From: Chiloscyllium plagiosum | Taxonomy: Eukaryota | DNA length: 64,000 nt | Direction: 5' to 3' | NCBI RefSeq assembly: GCF_004010195.1 | Contig: NC_057756.1 | Coordinates: 467,805 to 531,804, forward strand | Position numbers and translations under genes: made by a program | Notes under the pieces: generated by a model | Told to the model about the DNA's origin: nothing | Database searches by the model: none | What the model saw: the letters and a program-made list of their open reading frames with translations, nothing else | Shown: positions 37,991 to 52,800 of the stretch, one piece after another | How the letters are laid out: every line of letters begins with the position of its first letter | Position numbering within the stretch: the stretch's first letter is position 1

Positions 37991-39612
37991 GTTTAAAATA
38001 AGCAACACATTAAACTCCGATTGCCTAGGTCTTGGTTGTATGAACGTTATCTCCCATTACAGTTTGTATCAGCACGTGACTATGGAAATCCTATACATAG
38101 ATAATCGCTAACTGGCTGACGAACAGAAGGCAGAAGGGTGGCTTCAGTGATGGCTAAAGGGATCATTGAGCAAATGTGCTAAAGTTTATTGTGAAATATC
38201 AGTTCTTTGAGTTGCAACAGATGCGTTCTTGATCTATCAATTGGAAACTTTTGTTTGTGGAATTCTATGGAATCATCCCATTGCAATGTAACTCAAAAGC
38301 ACGTCCGAACGGAAAAGTTGCTGTTGGCAGACATATGGATTTGTTACTATTCATGTCATTGTAATGTTGCCTCTTGTGGGAATTTTTCAATTAGTTCTAC
38401 ATGGGGGAATTATTTTCATCATAGAGCACTCAGAAGGCCAATTATAAAGCAGCATATAGGTATAAAGACAAAATCAAAATATTTTTAATGGGTGGTGAAT
38501 ATATTTCTCATGGAAGACAGTTGCTCCCAAAATCCCTTTCCTGTACTCAAAAATATGTGATATTAGCAACTTTACTTCTATGGGAGTATAAGGAAATTCG
38601 GCGTGTCCACAAGTACTCTTACCAGTTTGTACGGATACATCACAGAACACATCCTATCAGGATGCACCACAGCATGGTATGGCAAGTGATCTTCACAAGA
38701 CCGCAAGAAACTATAGAATGGTAAGCACAGCCTCGTCCATTATGTAAGCCAACCTTCTACTCACTGACTTCATCTACTTTCCTCTGCTTCAGAAAACAAC
38801 CAACACAATCAAAGACCCTCCAACACCGGGTATGCTCTCTTCCACTCTCTTCCTTCGGGCAGAAGATGTAAAAAAAACCATACGAATAGATTGAAACACT
38901 TCTTGCTCCCTTCTGTTATCAGACTTTTGAACGGACTTGTCAAATGTTAGCTCTGTTTTCTCTCTCTATCTGCACCATCTTTGCGGCTGTAACAGTGAAT
39001 TCTGCACTCTGTTCTGCTACCCTGGTGCACAGTTTACTGTACGATCTGCCTGTATAGAATGCAAAACAACACTTCTCCGTGTATCTAGTTGCCAGTGACA
39101 TCAATGAATCGGTATACGCCATTCAATCTCTCATACATTTAGATTTAATGGACCAATATTGATTTGGAATGGATATTCTTTTCATCTTGCACACTTTGGG
39201 CCAATTTGCAAATTAAGGGGAGAGGGATGGTGGGTTGATAATTGGATCCTGCTTAGTTAAAGGAGTTCTTGTGATGAGATGATTGAGGCTAAATACTTTT
39301 GCTTTCCTTCTTAATCTTCATATGTACATCAGTTCATATTACTACATCTGTCGTAACGTGATATTCACAATAGAAGGCAACCGGGTAGGACGAGACTACG
39401 GGGAAAGAGAGGGGGAAAATGAGAACAAAAGAGCAATTTAATTCACAAGGTAGAACTACGTTGGTTTAAAATAAGCAACACATTAAACTCCGATTGCCTA
39501 GGTCTTGGTTGTGTGAACGTTATCTCCCATTACAGTTTGTATCAGCACGTGACTATGGAAATCCTATACATAGATAATCGCTAACTGGCTGACGAACAGA
39601 AGGCAGAAGGGT
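37991..39612 (+). repeat. 149-bp dispersed direct repeat (37991-38139 and 39464-39612)
   Basis: gtttaaaataagcaacac...ggcagaagggt, one substitution seen. Confidence 0.92.
38590..39110 (+). mobile_element. Decayed Rex1-like LINE 3' fragment
   Basis: Similar to 26100-26540 (cagcctcgtccatt, atcaaagaccc, tccactctcttcc). Confidence 0.55.
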
Positions 39613-40209
39613 TGCACAATTCCTCCTTACTGCGGTCCTCCTCCCACTGACTAAGTCAAACCTGCTCTGCTCATGTTGAGACTCACATGTTGTCTGCTAA
39701 TCGAATGCTGGGAACGAAATTTCAGTCCCAGTCCTTTTCGACAAAGCTTAAGGAAGTTTTAGCAATGCACACTACTCCAAAACAAAAACACATCCTTAGT
39801 ATTGATAGGAAGTTTAATACAATGAAAACTCACATCAACCTGATAGTCGGCAGTACTTAGCAGACAAAAAAATGATGTAACAGGCGTAAATTTGACTAAG
39901 TCGTTAGAAATGAGCAAATGTGTGTTGAGTCTGAACTTCAGAACACAGGAAATGTCAATAGGATAATAAAAGTCAATTTCTAAAATTATAATAATTTTGT
40001 GTATGTCATTCGATCAGGACAAAAGTCCTTCTTGTGTGCTGTAGATCTTTGTGACGCAAAGTGTGTTAACAGATTTCGTCACCTGATAAATAAATTGGCA
40101 GTGTTTGCCCTGTAGTTTAATGGAAAGAAAGGCAAAGTATTTTGTACCTTATTGGATTTTGAAGTGAATGCTACTACAACTGTTACGAGTGTACTATTGT
40201 TATTGGAGA

Positions 40210-40420
40210 TAGTGAAGACTGCAGATGCTGATAAGTCAGAGTCGACAAAATGTGGAGTTGGAAAATGCACCGCAGATCAAGCAGTATCAGAAGAGCCGGA
40301 GAGTCAATATTTCAGGCACGACCCTTCATCAGTCCTGATGAACAGTCCTACCCAAAATGTCAACTCTCCTGTTGTTTTGATGCTGTTTGACCTGCTGTGC
40401 TTTTTCCAGCTCCACATTTT
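40210..40420. mobile_element. Degenerate Penelope-tail hairpin element
   Basis: tgtggagttggaaaatgcac...ccttcatcagtcctgatgaa...gtgctttttccagctccaca inverted arms. Confidence 0.7.
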
Positions 40421-40523
40421 ATGAACTTTAACTATCGTTATTGGTTTTACTGCATTTATTGATCACACTAATACTTGAAATAATTAACAATGACACTGTT
40501 GTTATTGTTGCATTGAATTTCAG

Positions 40524-40550
40524 CTGACGCCATCCTATCAAAGGATAAAG
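40524..40550 (+). CDS. Micro-exon 10 (27 nt); SDAILSKDK
   Basis: gaatttcag|CTGACGCCATCCTATCAAAGGATAAAG|gtaaag. Confidence 0.83.
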
Positions 40551-40719
40551 GTAAAGAAAATAAACTTGAAAACTCTAAATATTTGTTAAAGTTGCAAAAT
40601 TGCTCAGCATGTAACGGCAAATGAAAATATGATAAATGGTTATGACATATCTTGCGTTGATCAAAGCTTTGTTTGGATAGTTGGAGACCTATGTAAGCCT
40701 AAGTTGTTATCATAAACAT

Positions 40720-41270
40720 ACTGTCATAGAGTCAGACAATATAGAAACAAAACCTTTAGCCCATCACATCTTTGTGAATCAGAAACACTATCTTTACTAC
40801 TCACATTCTTTGCACTTGGTCTGTTGAATAGTATGTCTCGGTATTTTAAGTGCTTATGCAGATGCGCCTGAAATGTTGAGAGCGCATGCCTTCACCACCC
40901 TCTCACATACGTGTTCTGTACGACTAGCACCCACTGGGAGAAAAATAAATCCTCAGATCCTCTCGAAACTACTTGTTCATGAGGTTAAATCTAAGCCATC
41001 TGGTCTCAGACATGTCTGCCATGGGGAAAAGATTCCCACGATCTACCTTCTCTATGGCTCTCACAATTATGCATAACTAAATCAGATTGTGAAACCCCAG
41101 AACTCTACCAGCTTCTCTGCTCCTAGGAAAACAAACCCAGCACATGCAGTCTCTCCTCTTTACTGAGCCTTTCCATTTCAGGTACCGTTCTGGTGAATAT
41201 CCTCTGCATTCGATTCAGTGCAATCATGTCCTTCAATTGTAAGGCAATCAGAACTGTATTCGGTATTCCA
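40720..41270 (-). mobile_element. Decayed CR1 3' fragment
   Basis: ccttcaccaccctct, ctggtgaatatcctctgca CR1 remnants. Confidence 0.55.
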
Positions 41271-41299
41271 TTCTAAATTAACAATGTAATAAACTCTGC

Positions 41300-43000
41300 A
41301 GATGTGGCTGGGCATGGGATGTGCTGTAGCTGTATGATGTGGGAGTTGGCAGTTCCCATTGTGAACTGCAGCGACCACATCTGCAACAAGTGATGGCTGC
41401 TCGATGAACTTAGGCTCAGAGTTGATGAGCTGAAACGTGAGCGTCAAATACAAAGGTACAACCGATAGGGGGAGGAATATATGGATGCGTCTGAGCTTCA
41501 AACATTGCGACACATCAGGGATGGAGACAGTTACCTGGATGCTGTGTTTCAGGACACATTCACACCTCTCAGACTATCTAACTCGATTTGACCAGTGGTC
41601 AGGGACAGCAGGGTGTGACTGTGAGTGAGGCAGGTAGAGGGATACAGGAGTTAGAGTTGCAGAACCCTCAGCCCTTGTTCTTGTCCAACAGGTTCAAGAG
41701 TTTTGCTCGTTGTGTGAATGCGAATGGGGACTGCAGGGAGGATGAGTCGACTGACCTCGGCACTGTGATGCAATTCAAGTAGGTGGGAGGCATGGACAGG
41801 AAAGCAATGTTGTTGTAATTGGGAGTAGCACAGTTCGAGGCAAAGGCACTGTTCTCTGCAACCAAGATCGAAAGCCCCAAAGGTTGCATTGTCTGCCTGT
41901 CCTCGGGTTTGGCCTATCTCATTTGGGATGCAGAGTAACTTGGAGTGCGAAGGTAAACATCCAGTGGACGCTCTGCGTATGTACCAATCACATTGATAAA
42001 ACTAGGGCAGATGTTCTGCTAAGGGAGTATGAACAGCTGGGATCTAAATTACAAAGCATAACCAAAAAGGTAACAATCTTTGGAGCCACGAGCTAATTGG
42101 AACAGGTTCAATAAGACGAAGAGAGTAAATGCGTGTCTCAAAGATTGGTGTGGGAGAAATGATTTTGAATTTCTGGGACATTGGCACCAGTACTGGGGAA
42201 GAAGGGATCCATTCTGATGGGGTGATCTGCATGTGAAAGATGCTGGGATCAGAGTCCAAGCGAATCGCATAACTAGGGCTTCAGACAGGGCTTTAAACTA
42301 AATAGCGGTGGGGAGCATTCAGTTATCGGGGAAATTAGAAAGCCCGAATTACGGGAGAAGGTAAGAATGTAGAAGTCAGGAAAGGTCATTAAAGTCTCCA
42401 GCACAGGCACAAATGGGACAGAGTGAGTGGAAAGGGTTAGCAATCAATCTCACTGAACAAATGATTGAGAATGAGGAGAGGGACAGTTAATACTTGCCTG
42501 AAGGTGTTATAGCTGAATGCATGCAGTATAAGAAATTACATAAATGACTTTGTGGCGCAGATCGAAATTAGTAGGTATGACGTAGTGGGCATCACAGAGA
42601 TGTGGCTGCAAAGGGATAAGGATTGGGAGCTGAATATTCAAGGATATACATTCTGTCAAAAAGATAGGCAGGTGAGAAGAGGGGATCGGGTGGCTTTATT
42701 AGTAAGAAGTGAAATTAAATCAATAGTAACATGTGAATTAGGGTCAGATAGTGAGAATATATGTGAGTAGAATTGAGGAACCGCAAAAGTGAAAGATAAA
42801 TGTTGGATTTATGTCAGGAACTTGGGTGCAAGCTACACCAGGAGATAGAAAAGATCTGTGGGAAAGGCAAAGTTACAGTCATCATTGTGGGTTTCAATGT
42901 ACAGGTGGACTATGCAAATCTGGTTGGTAGTAGATTGCAAGAAAATAAATTTGTGAAATGTCTACGTGATAGCTTTTTGGCGCAGCTTGTGGTGGATTGT
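41300..43000 (+). mobile_element. CR1 5' part: ORF1 (Cys-rich/zipper + SGNH esterase remnants) and ORF2 APE endonuclease
   Basis: CSCMMWE..DHICNK..ELRLRVDEL; NACLKDWCGRNDFEFLGHW; YDVVGITEMWL..IQGYTFCQKDR. Confidence 0.8.
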
Positions 43001-43550
43001 TACCAACATGCAGATTCTTAGAGGATGATCAATAAATTATTTATGAATAAAATGTTTAAATATAATTATGACCAGGACTTTTAATCAACAGCTATGCAAC
43101 ATTGCCGTGCAAACTGCAGTCATCTTATTTATATTGATCTGCATTACTTTAACATTGTTGAATAATCCAGCTTTAACTTTCTGAGATTCACTGGCGGTCT
43201 GAATGTCAGGTTATAAATAATAAATAATATGATCATTTGGTGGATATTGATTGCTCAATTTTAATTTGAATACACCAACCAGTTAATCATGGAACATATT
43301 TAGGAATGATACCGACTGAGCTTTGGGCCCTCAAACAATTAAAACATAACGGAAGTGGAGTGAAAGTGAAATGCAGTCAGCATGGCCAAATACTGGAAAG
43401 GCACTACAAGCCGTATATTATATGTTCACTTCTGCTGTATTACTCTGCTTTATGTACAATGTCAGCGACAGGATTTCGATGATGCATGGAAGAGATGACA
43501 TAGGTGTGACAAACATGTGCGGGTAAAACACTTGGATAATATTCACAATT

Positions 43551-43830
43551 TAGACTAGATTCCCTACAGTGTGGAAACAGGTCCTGCGGCCCAACAAATC
43601 CACATTGACATGTTGAAGAGTAACCCACCCAGACCAATTTCCTTCTGACGAACACACGTGACCTATGGGCAATTTAGCATGGCCAATGGGAGAAAACCGG
43701 AAGTACGTGGAAGAAACCCATGCAGAGAATGTACAAACTCCACACAGACAATCACCCGAGGCTAGAATCGAACCTGGAACCCAGCTACTGTGAGGCAGGA
43801 GTGCTAACCACTGAGCCACCGTGCCGCCCA
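43551..43830 (-). mobile_element. HE1-like SINE
   Basis: Reverse complement gggcggcacggtggctcagtggttagca. Confidence 0.85.
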
Positions 43831-45523
43831 ATTCATTGGGTCATTTCCTTCATGATTGTGAAGGGACATGCAATTTAAAATGAAACTAGAGAAAGACGTC
43901 AATATTGGAAAAAAATCACTAATTGAATGGAGGGAGAAGGAAACTATAAACAAAAGATGAACTAACACATGAATACGAAAATATGCATGGACAATCTGTA
44001 AACTTGAAACAGGCTGTACTTAATGGAACGAGTATTTGCATGTTGAAAAGTATTGAATGTTAAGGACACATTAAATGATGAAGGAGTTTGTAAATCTCAA
44101 GAAGTAAGATAACAATTTGATTACTATTTGAATTCACTTAAGGCTATCCGACTTCTAACTCACAGAAAAGGAGACTGAAGAAGGAACATAAATGCATGTA
44201 GGCTAGCAGGACTTGAGGATTACAGATTTAAGTTGCTTAATGAAATTCAGCGTTAAATAGACTAGTGCAAAAGAAGATCAAAACCAGCCAGAATATTTAT
44301 TTGTCATAAGGACAGAAAGCAATGACTGTGTTGAGTACTTTTCTCAAACTGGACCATAATAGTCAATGACTTTCATGAACACCCACTTTTAGGATCAATA
44401 CCAATTGGCCGATGGAATTTTCTCGACAGAAAAGTAATGTGATGCATTCTGGAAAACACAAAAACAGTAGCAAGGGCAATTTGTCCAAAATGGCACAGTT
44501 CAAAAAATGCTGATGAAGCACTGAATCTGTTGAGTTGCAATTATTGGAATTAGAAAGTGGGAAGACATTTTGCGAAGGTAGTGGGAACGTTTATTTGATC
44601 ATAGTTTCTTCTGCAGAAATACGTATTAGGAAAGAATGAATTTTATGTTTCATGTTTACAAAGTTCCCAATTAACGAATAACAACATTCTCATATTCACT
44701 TCTGACAACCATAACTTTGGATGGATGTGTAAGTCCTTGAGCTTTTAAAGAGATTTATTAGGTTCATCACAGAAATTAGAGGGGAGAGTTCATGAAGTAA
44801 GGTTCAAAATCCGAATGATTTCTGTTTGCATCAAAGGAATTTGTGTTGAGATTTGAAGTACAGAATTATGCTATTTATGGAGAAGGTCGAAAACGAAAAC
44901 GTATTCCGATTTGATGGTAGTAGAGGTTTTGGGCTAAATTTGTTTTAATATTCGGCAAATGAATGCTGTAAGTTCTTCAAAACAGTTTTTCCTTGCCCCA
45001 ACGAATGGAAACAATTTGGAATCTGCTAACCATAAACATATTGAAGTGCGGAAAAATTGATTGCCAATTGCGGGAAATATTTCGAGAAAGCAAAATGGAG
45101 TGAGATGAATTATTATGTTTTATCACATTAATTAAGTCACAGACCTGTTTCCCTCGTTTTCATAAAAAAACTTGTGAATTTATCGCCGACCGTGTTATTA
45201 TTAACGTAACATGAAGGAGCATGAGAGATTTATTTAGCGTGCAATGTGCAGTTCCTGGACAGAAGACAGAGCGAACATTATCGAGGTCAGTCATTAAGTG
45301 TTCAACCACTAGAAAATGTAATTGCACTTTGGGAGAATAGCTAAAAATGAATATATTAACTGCAAACTGTTGAATAGTCAATGCCAAATAATGCTACAAA
45401 GTAGATAATTTATTCAGGGTGTCAAATGCTGACGTGTAGATCAGCCAGTAGCAAAAAAAAAGCAAAACGCTGAGAATGTTACGAATGAATGCACAATATT
45501 TAATGGATGGATTTTTTTTGCAG

Positions 45524-45559
45524 AAATACGCAGATTAAAGAAAGCTTTGGAAGACAAAC
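45524..45559 (+). CDS. Micro-exon 11 (36 nt); EIRRLKKALEDK
   Basis: ttttttttgcag|AAATACGCAGATTAAAGAAAGCTTTGGAAGACAAAC|gtgagg; clear paralogue of exon 3. Confidence 0.88.
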
Positions 45560-45779
45560 GTGAGGAATGATCTAAATTGTGGGTTATAGTAATTAAAAAA
45601 AACAGATTAAATGCCACCATTAAGGAGTTCCACTGCTACTTATTATCACATCCTTTGAAAACTTTGATCACAATCTTTGATTGCTCATTCTATCTAAGAT
45701 CGTGACCTTCAGGCTATCAAGAATGTCAGGCTCTTTATCACTGCCATGCTTGTTGCTTAAATGAATGTCCATACAGTCA

Positions 45780-46880
45780 TAGAGTCATACAAGTCCTACA
45801 GGATGGAGGCAGGCCCTTTGGTCAAAAATGGCCCACGCTAACCCTATTTCTGCACATTGGCCCATACTCTTCTAAACCTTTTCTGTCCATGTATTTGTCC
45901 AAATGCCCTTTAAATGTTGTTAATGTACCCACCTCAACCACTTCTGCTGGCAGCTAATTCCATATGCATACCACCCTCTGAGTAACATAGTTGACCCTCA
46001 GGTTCTCTTTTATTCTTCCCTTTTAACTTTGAACTAATGCCCTCTTATCCTCTATTCCCCAACCTTGGTTAAAGATTGAGTACACTCACCCTATCCATGC
46101 CTATTATGATCTTATACACTTCTATAAGATCCCACCCACATCCCCAGTCTCCTATGCTCCAAAAAAAAGGACCTAGCTTGTCCAACCTCCCCTTAAACAT
46201 CAGACCATTGAGTCCTGGCAAGATCGTTGTAAATTTCTTCTGCACTCTCCCCCGTTTAATAACAACTTTCATTTGGCAAGGTGACCAAAACTGAGTATCA
46301 TACTCCAAGTGTGGCCTCACCTACGTCCCGTACAACTGCAACATAACTTCTCAACTTCAGTACTCAATGCCCTGACTGGTGGAAGCCTGTGCGCCAATAA
46401 TCTTCTTTACTGCCTTGCCTACATGTGACTCCACCTTCAGAGAACCGTGCACATGAACTTGAAGGTCCCTCTGTTCCACTACACTCCTTATGGCACTAGC
46501 GTTCAGCATGAAACTCCGACCTTAAATGACTTTCCAAAATGGAAGCCCTCACAATTATCTATATTAAACTCCATTTTCCATTCCTTTGCCCACTTACCCA
46601 GCTGATCAAGATTTTACTGCAATTTCTGATTACCTGCCTCACTGTCCACAATACTGCCTATTTTAGTGTCATCTGCAAACTTACTAATCATGCCTTGTGC
46701 ATTCTTCTCCAAATCGTTGATGTAGATAATAAACAGTAATGGGCCCAGCACCAATCCTTGAGGCACTCAATTAGTCACAGTTCTCTAGTCCAGCAAACAT
46801 CCTTCCTCTATTACACTATGCTTCCTACCATCAAACCAATAATGTATCAAATTTGCCAGCTCCCCTGGATTCCAAGCGCA
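45780..46880 (-). mobile_element. CR1 LINE 3' fragment
   Basis: RPHLEYDTQFWSP, DLIEVYKII; (catagagt)n tail. Confidence 0.88.
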
Positions 46881-47687
46881 TTCATATTCAATTGCTTTTT
46901 TGTTTGTTTTCTCCAAATATCGATGGTTAACGGATCTGGGACAATCTGTTGATGCATTTATATGAAGCAGTGCCATTGAAGTAACATCACGTGTGATTAT
47001 AATCAGTGTGCAGATGAAACACAAGCCTTTACACATGCGATCACTTTCTCATGAAGTGTACGTGGGTTACTTTCAAGCTTGAACCGTCAACTTATTGAAT
47101 TGACAGTGATAAAGACTGTATTTAAAGTTTTTTCATCCAGATCAATCATTTTACAAAATATAATATAGCGGATTTCATTTGTCTCATCACACTTTGTAAA
47201 CTTTTCAAATTTACCATAATGAATTTTATTTTGCAATTAGACCCTGGCAACTTCTTCGATAATTATGGTGAGTACCATTGCACATGGAACACAACTCAGC
47301 CTCCAGGCAGCAGAAACCTGTATTACGTTGCTCTGCTCAAGACAAAGATGGGTGGCTTGATTGACCTGTTTAGTAGATGAACTGTTCTTATCTATCATTC
47401 CCTTCCAAATTAAGACTGTAATTTTATGGAAACGCACACAATGCAGATTTTTAATTCCCCTACTCCATCTGTCATTTTTAGGATTGAAGGAAATACGTCT
47501 TCATCAAACTCTGAACTATGCTTTCACTGATAATGCTCATGTTCATCTTCCAGAAAAGATGCTCAGTTCACCTTTTTTTTTTGACAAAAATAGTAAATGG
47601 ATACTATGATATAATCCACTTCCTCGACCAAATGAATTGCAGTTACCCACAAATGCCAAACAATTTATAACATTTATCCCATAACAG

Positions 47688-47714
47688 AAGTGGAACTGCG
47701 AGAATGCAAAAGAG
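47688..47714 (+). CDS. Micro-exon 12 (27 nt, Cys exon); QVELRECKR
   Basis: cccataacag|AAGTGGAACTGCGAGAATGCAAAAGAG|gtaaac. Confidence 0.85.
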
Positions 47715-48788
47715 GTAAACACGTTAATTCTATTGGTTACTCCAAAGTCTTTTGATTTCAGTATAGTTAAGTTAATGTAACATCTGAATAGTTGCGTGAA
47801 TTAACAAAAAGAATAGTTAGGCATTGAATCAGTTTTTCAATGTTCTATAATGGGTGAAAAATATTTGGACAAGTAATGCATACTTAAAATGCGTACTTCC
47901 TTTCTATGATATGCTTGTTATTTTAACACAGACAGAATGGAGGAATTGCATGGACTGCTCAAGATGGACACAATTAAAGATTGACACGATTTTCAATAAA
48001 CAAAAGAAGACTCTGTGAAACTGAAAGAATTTGTGCAAGTGAATACATCCACAAATTAAAAAAAAACTCACCAAGTATGATCAAGAGCATGTAGAAGAAT
48101 TTCAAGATTTCATATTGCCTCCTATAGTCATCAAAACAATTCGATTTTCTAACAGGATAAACAGAAGCAATTGATGTGAAGTCAACCAGCTCCATAAATA
48201 AATCAAATGGAATCTCGTCAGATCATACATTTTAGTGATATTAATTCAATAATTAAAATTTACTCCATGCTATAGAATAATTATTTTCTCTTCTTCAAGA
48301 TATTGTAATTAGAATATTTAACCCCCCCCTCAAAGAGCAAATTTTGCCTTCACTTAATGTGAGGCAAACAAAAATAAATCTCTGTGTCTCGAGACTCTCC
48401 CCAATAGTGTTTGGGCATTGATTAACATGACAGTATTTTTCCTGAGAGGCAATTGAAGAAATAATTGTGATTTCGTTGATCATGCAATTCTTGCCACGTT
48501 TCCTTATTTAACTTATTAAACAATAATGTAATAAGAATGTCACTTCTGGTTAAACTGACATTGTAGTTATTAGATTTGTACGGGTGACATATCAACACTG
48601 TTGTTGGCATTAATCATTCATTTGTATTCTCCACGCTCATAATCAGTTCCATTTGGATATTAAATCAGGAATCAAACGAACGACAAAATGCAATGTCTCG
48701 CTTTTAATCTATTTCAATGATGAATATCATCACAAGAAATTCGAAATGATTTAATTTCATAAGCTGAATTTTTATTTTGCCCATTCAG

Positions 48789-48824
48789 AATTAAATGAAA
48801 CGAAAACAGAACTTAAAGAAGCAG
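48789..48824 (+). CDS. Micro-exon 13 (36 nt); ELNETKTELKEA
   Basis: ttgcccattcag|AATTAAATGAAACGAAAACAGAACTTAAAGAAGCAG|gtgagt. Confidence 0.88.
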
Positions 48825-49439
48825 GTGAGTTTAAAAAAAGACATACGCGTTTTGATTTCCAGTGATAAAGTGTATCTTATGCTTCACTTTAAGAAATTGT
48901 CAATTTATTTATTATGTGGAAGATAACTCTACACGATCCACAGTCGGACCCATTTAGTTATCATAATGACAAAATGCAACACTTCTTTTATTTGTTTACT
49001 GGGGAGAAATAAAAAGCAGGGATGGTCATGGGGGAAGAGTCGAAATTCAGTAGGATCATTCTTAGCCAATTCTCTTTTTGTCTCATTTCAATCTTGTAAC
49101 CTTTACTTAATGAATCCTTTGAATATGTTTCGTCGATTCTGCTGCCATTATGCATGCCCACCAGCAGAAACCAGTGGCTCAAACAAATTTCACATACAAT
49201 GAACTGGTGTAGTGCACCCATGAGTACCTTCAGTGGTATAACAATGCCTCTTTCTATTTGACACTGTCATAAGTTTATGAAATTTGTGAATTTGGTGGAA
49301 CATTGAAATGTGGCAAGGAGAATAATATTTCTGTCTGCTGCAAACTATTTTACAATTCATCTGCCTTGCATCCATTAGAGCAATCCCAACTCTGCTTCGC
49401 ATTTCATTTTCATCTTTCTTTGCTCGCTGCCCAGGAACA

Positions 49440-49800
49440 CAGGATGTCGTGGTGTCGCCTTATGTAGATTTATAAAATCATGATGGGCACAGATAAGGTA
49501 AATAGCAAAAGCATTTTCCCAGGAGCAGGGCACTTTGAAACTAGAAGGCATTAGTTTAAGGTGAGAGGAGAAAGATTTAAAATAAATCTGAGCGACAACT
49601 TTTTCACACAGACGGTGATTCATATGGGGAAAGAAAATGTTAGATGAAGGTGTAGCTATCACATTTAAAATACATTTGGACAGGCAAATGAATGGAAAGT
49701 TTCAGAGGGATACGAAGCAAATGGGATACCTTTAGTTTAGGAGGCATGGACGGATTGTGCTGAAGGGTCTGTTTCAAAGCGTCTGTCCGACTCTCTGATT
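49440..49800 (+). mobile_element. CR1 3' end fragment
   Basis: tttaaggtgagaggagaaagattt, ttttcacacaga. Confidence 0.75.
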
Positions 49801-52800
49801 CTATTACACGTTCCTTCCTCTATTGCACACACTTTTGCCAATCGCTTCACAGATGTTCATATCCACCATCTATTACAGAATTCCTGTACTCTGCATCAAT
49901 TGGCGGTTTCACAAGAAGGTGAAGTAGTCAAAGGCAGTGCAAGAAGAGAGCAGGGAAGGCAAGCAAGACATCATGGTGATCAAAACGTTTGAAACTGATA
50001 GAGGACAAATGCAAAAAGTGGGAAGAGTGACTACGAGAGGAGAACAGAACCATTTGAAAGTGGGAGAAAGTGGTGAGAAGCAGTGATGTTGTAGAGGGAG
50101 TGATGAATAAAACTGAAAGAGGATGGTGTGACAGTATTCCTTCCTTGTCTTTCCTTGTATTGCTGAATATATGTTACTCTTTAAATGCAGGCAACAACTT
50201 AGGACCTTCTAACTAGTAATATTACAATGCAACAAGTGGAAGTTCCTAGGCTGCATATTCGGCATTTGTCATTGAAGCATCTGCAGTCAAGTTGAAAAAC
50301 ATTTCTGACCATTGGTAGAAGAGTAAACTAGCAAGACATTTAGGGCTGACAACAGGGAAGGAACATAAAGGTAAAATAAGTTACATAAATGCAATGGACA
50401 GATTTATTAATTTCAATGTTTTAATATTCTATTCAGTTCACAAAATGAATTAGAGTTATTCAAGGTGACTCAAGCTGGCTTCCTCGGTTTTATCTGTCTC
50501 TGCATTCAGAAAATATTATACTTATAGCATAGTCGAAATTAAATGCTACTAGTGAATTTGAACATGCAGTATCATGTTTGTCAAGCAAATTAGGACACCT
50601 GTGCTATTTTGGGTCTATTGGCATTGCCAAAGTATGATGTTTAATTCAGGTGAAAAGCACATTATACACTATAACTTCGGAGTAGTTATGGGGTGGTTTG
50701 GATTGCTTTGGCCTATAGTGAATTTATGCTTTAATGCATGAGTGCAAATCTCAACATCCAGGATGCTTCCTGGAGGATGAAGTTTATAGATGGTAAAGGA
50801 ATACAATGAAGAGTAGCTGACTTGGTAATTGCATAATACCGGGCGAGAAAGTTTTGCATATTGAAATACCAATATATTTGAAATGCATTTTGCCCCGCTG
50901 AAGAAACAATGAAAATCTTTGAATTGTGTCTTTACAGAGGACAGGTTGGGCGAGTGCTTGAAAGGTGAATTACACCAGTGTATATATGTTGTGCGTTGAA
51001 TTATATTCATACTTTAATCAATATCCAGATATGTCACATAGAAGTTCTGGTTTGTAATTATTTAAAACTCACAAACCTCCTAAAAAAATCTCCGTTTTTA
51101 ACAATAAAAGAGACTAGGCCCCTGTGCAGTAGACTAGGCCCCTGTGCAGGTTGCAGAAAATATATCAAGTTTCACCCAGACGTGACAGTTGAAAGATGTA
51201 CTGGCCTTCCCCTGAAGTCCCAACATCAGAGATGCCAATCTTCAACCGATTATATCATATTCTTTATGTATGCATTCATTTATTAATTTATCCTGTAAAC
51301 ATGAAATAGGGAAATTTAAATGACTGCCAACTTCATCATTGTTCAATTAGAAGCGTTGACAAACTCTAAGACTAAACAGTACTTAGATACTAATAATCTG
51401 GTCACTGGCGTTGAGTACACGAGGGCCATTAAGCTCCTGATCTCAGTACGCATTTGGGAAAAAAGGATAAAATATGAGGCTTGACTGATTTTCCTTGAGA
51501 AGAAAGTAGCACTTGGCAGAATATGGCATCAAGAAGCCCTACCTAAACCGCAGTAACTGGAACCAGGTGTGGTTGTGTGTGCTGTGGCAGGTGATCTCTC
51601 ATTACTTTAAATTGTGCTTAGTGCAAAATAAGATGACTGTGGTGTTTTAAGTCAATGATCTCAGCCCTAGGTATGACAGAATGAATTGTTTAGACCAGGG
51701 ACCTACTTCACAATGACAAGCGCTACGACTCGAGGTCAGAAGTAATGATGTTACTAAAGATTGCACAATAATATTATTGATTCATCAAATGCGGAGGCAT
51801 TTCATGTCCATGTGCAGAAGGACCTGTTCAAAATTAAGGTTTGAGGTGATAAGTTGCAAAGAAAGTTTTCACCTCAACAATACAATTATTGATATCTCCA
51901 ACAAGAGGTAATCTGTCTACTGTCGTTTGATTTAAGAATTTAGCATTTATGAAACTTCCGCTATTGATGCTTATGTGGTTACCATTGATCAGGTATGGAA
52001 CTGCATCAGCCATATGTTTACATGGTAAAAAAAAAGTGACATAGAATCTGTGGAATCTATGGCAAAGAAAATATCTTCATTTCCACAGAAATGCCCATCT
52101 GCAACCTATTGTGTAGAAATTTGAAGTGTAATGGAATACTCTGCATTTGCCTGGATCGTTGAAGCTCTATAAAATTGATAAGCTCAATCATACCCAGGAC
52201 AAAACAGCCTGCATAATTTATATAGAATCATGGAAGGCCATGATTCAGTCAATCACACTAGCGCCTAAAATAAGTACCATTACCTAATACCAATATTCTG
52301 CATTTCTCCCGCACCATTGAATATTGTATGTATCCAAATATTCATCCATAACACTCTTGAAAGCCTTCCCCTCACAGAATTTTAAGCATTCAAGATCTTC
52401 AACGTTGCAGCAGTCTGTTTCATTTCAGAAATGTCCTGCAGTGATTTACTGACGAAGCATCAAAAGAATGTTTTAAATTGATAAGCTGTACTATCTTTGA
52501 GATATTACATATTGCAGCTGATGTACGGTTGATATACCAACTACATGCTCCCCTTCAACATCCAGCATCCTGGCTTTGAACTTTATTGCTTTTCCTTCAT
52601 TTTTAAGGTGTGAAATGCTGGAGCTCCATTCCTCACAGTAGGCCAGATATCTCCAATCTCTCCATAAAGCATTGCAATTAGTATGATTGACAACAAAATC
52701 TAACGAATTTTTCTTGAAAAATATCAGCACAAGATGCAATTTCGTTGAGTTATTAAAAAATCATGCGGCTTCTTGAATGGTTAGAAAATAAGTATTATTC

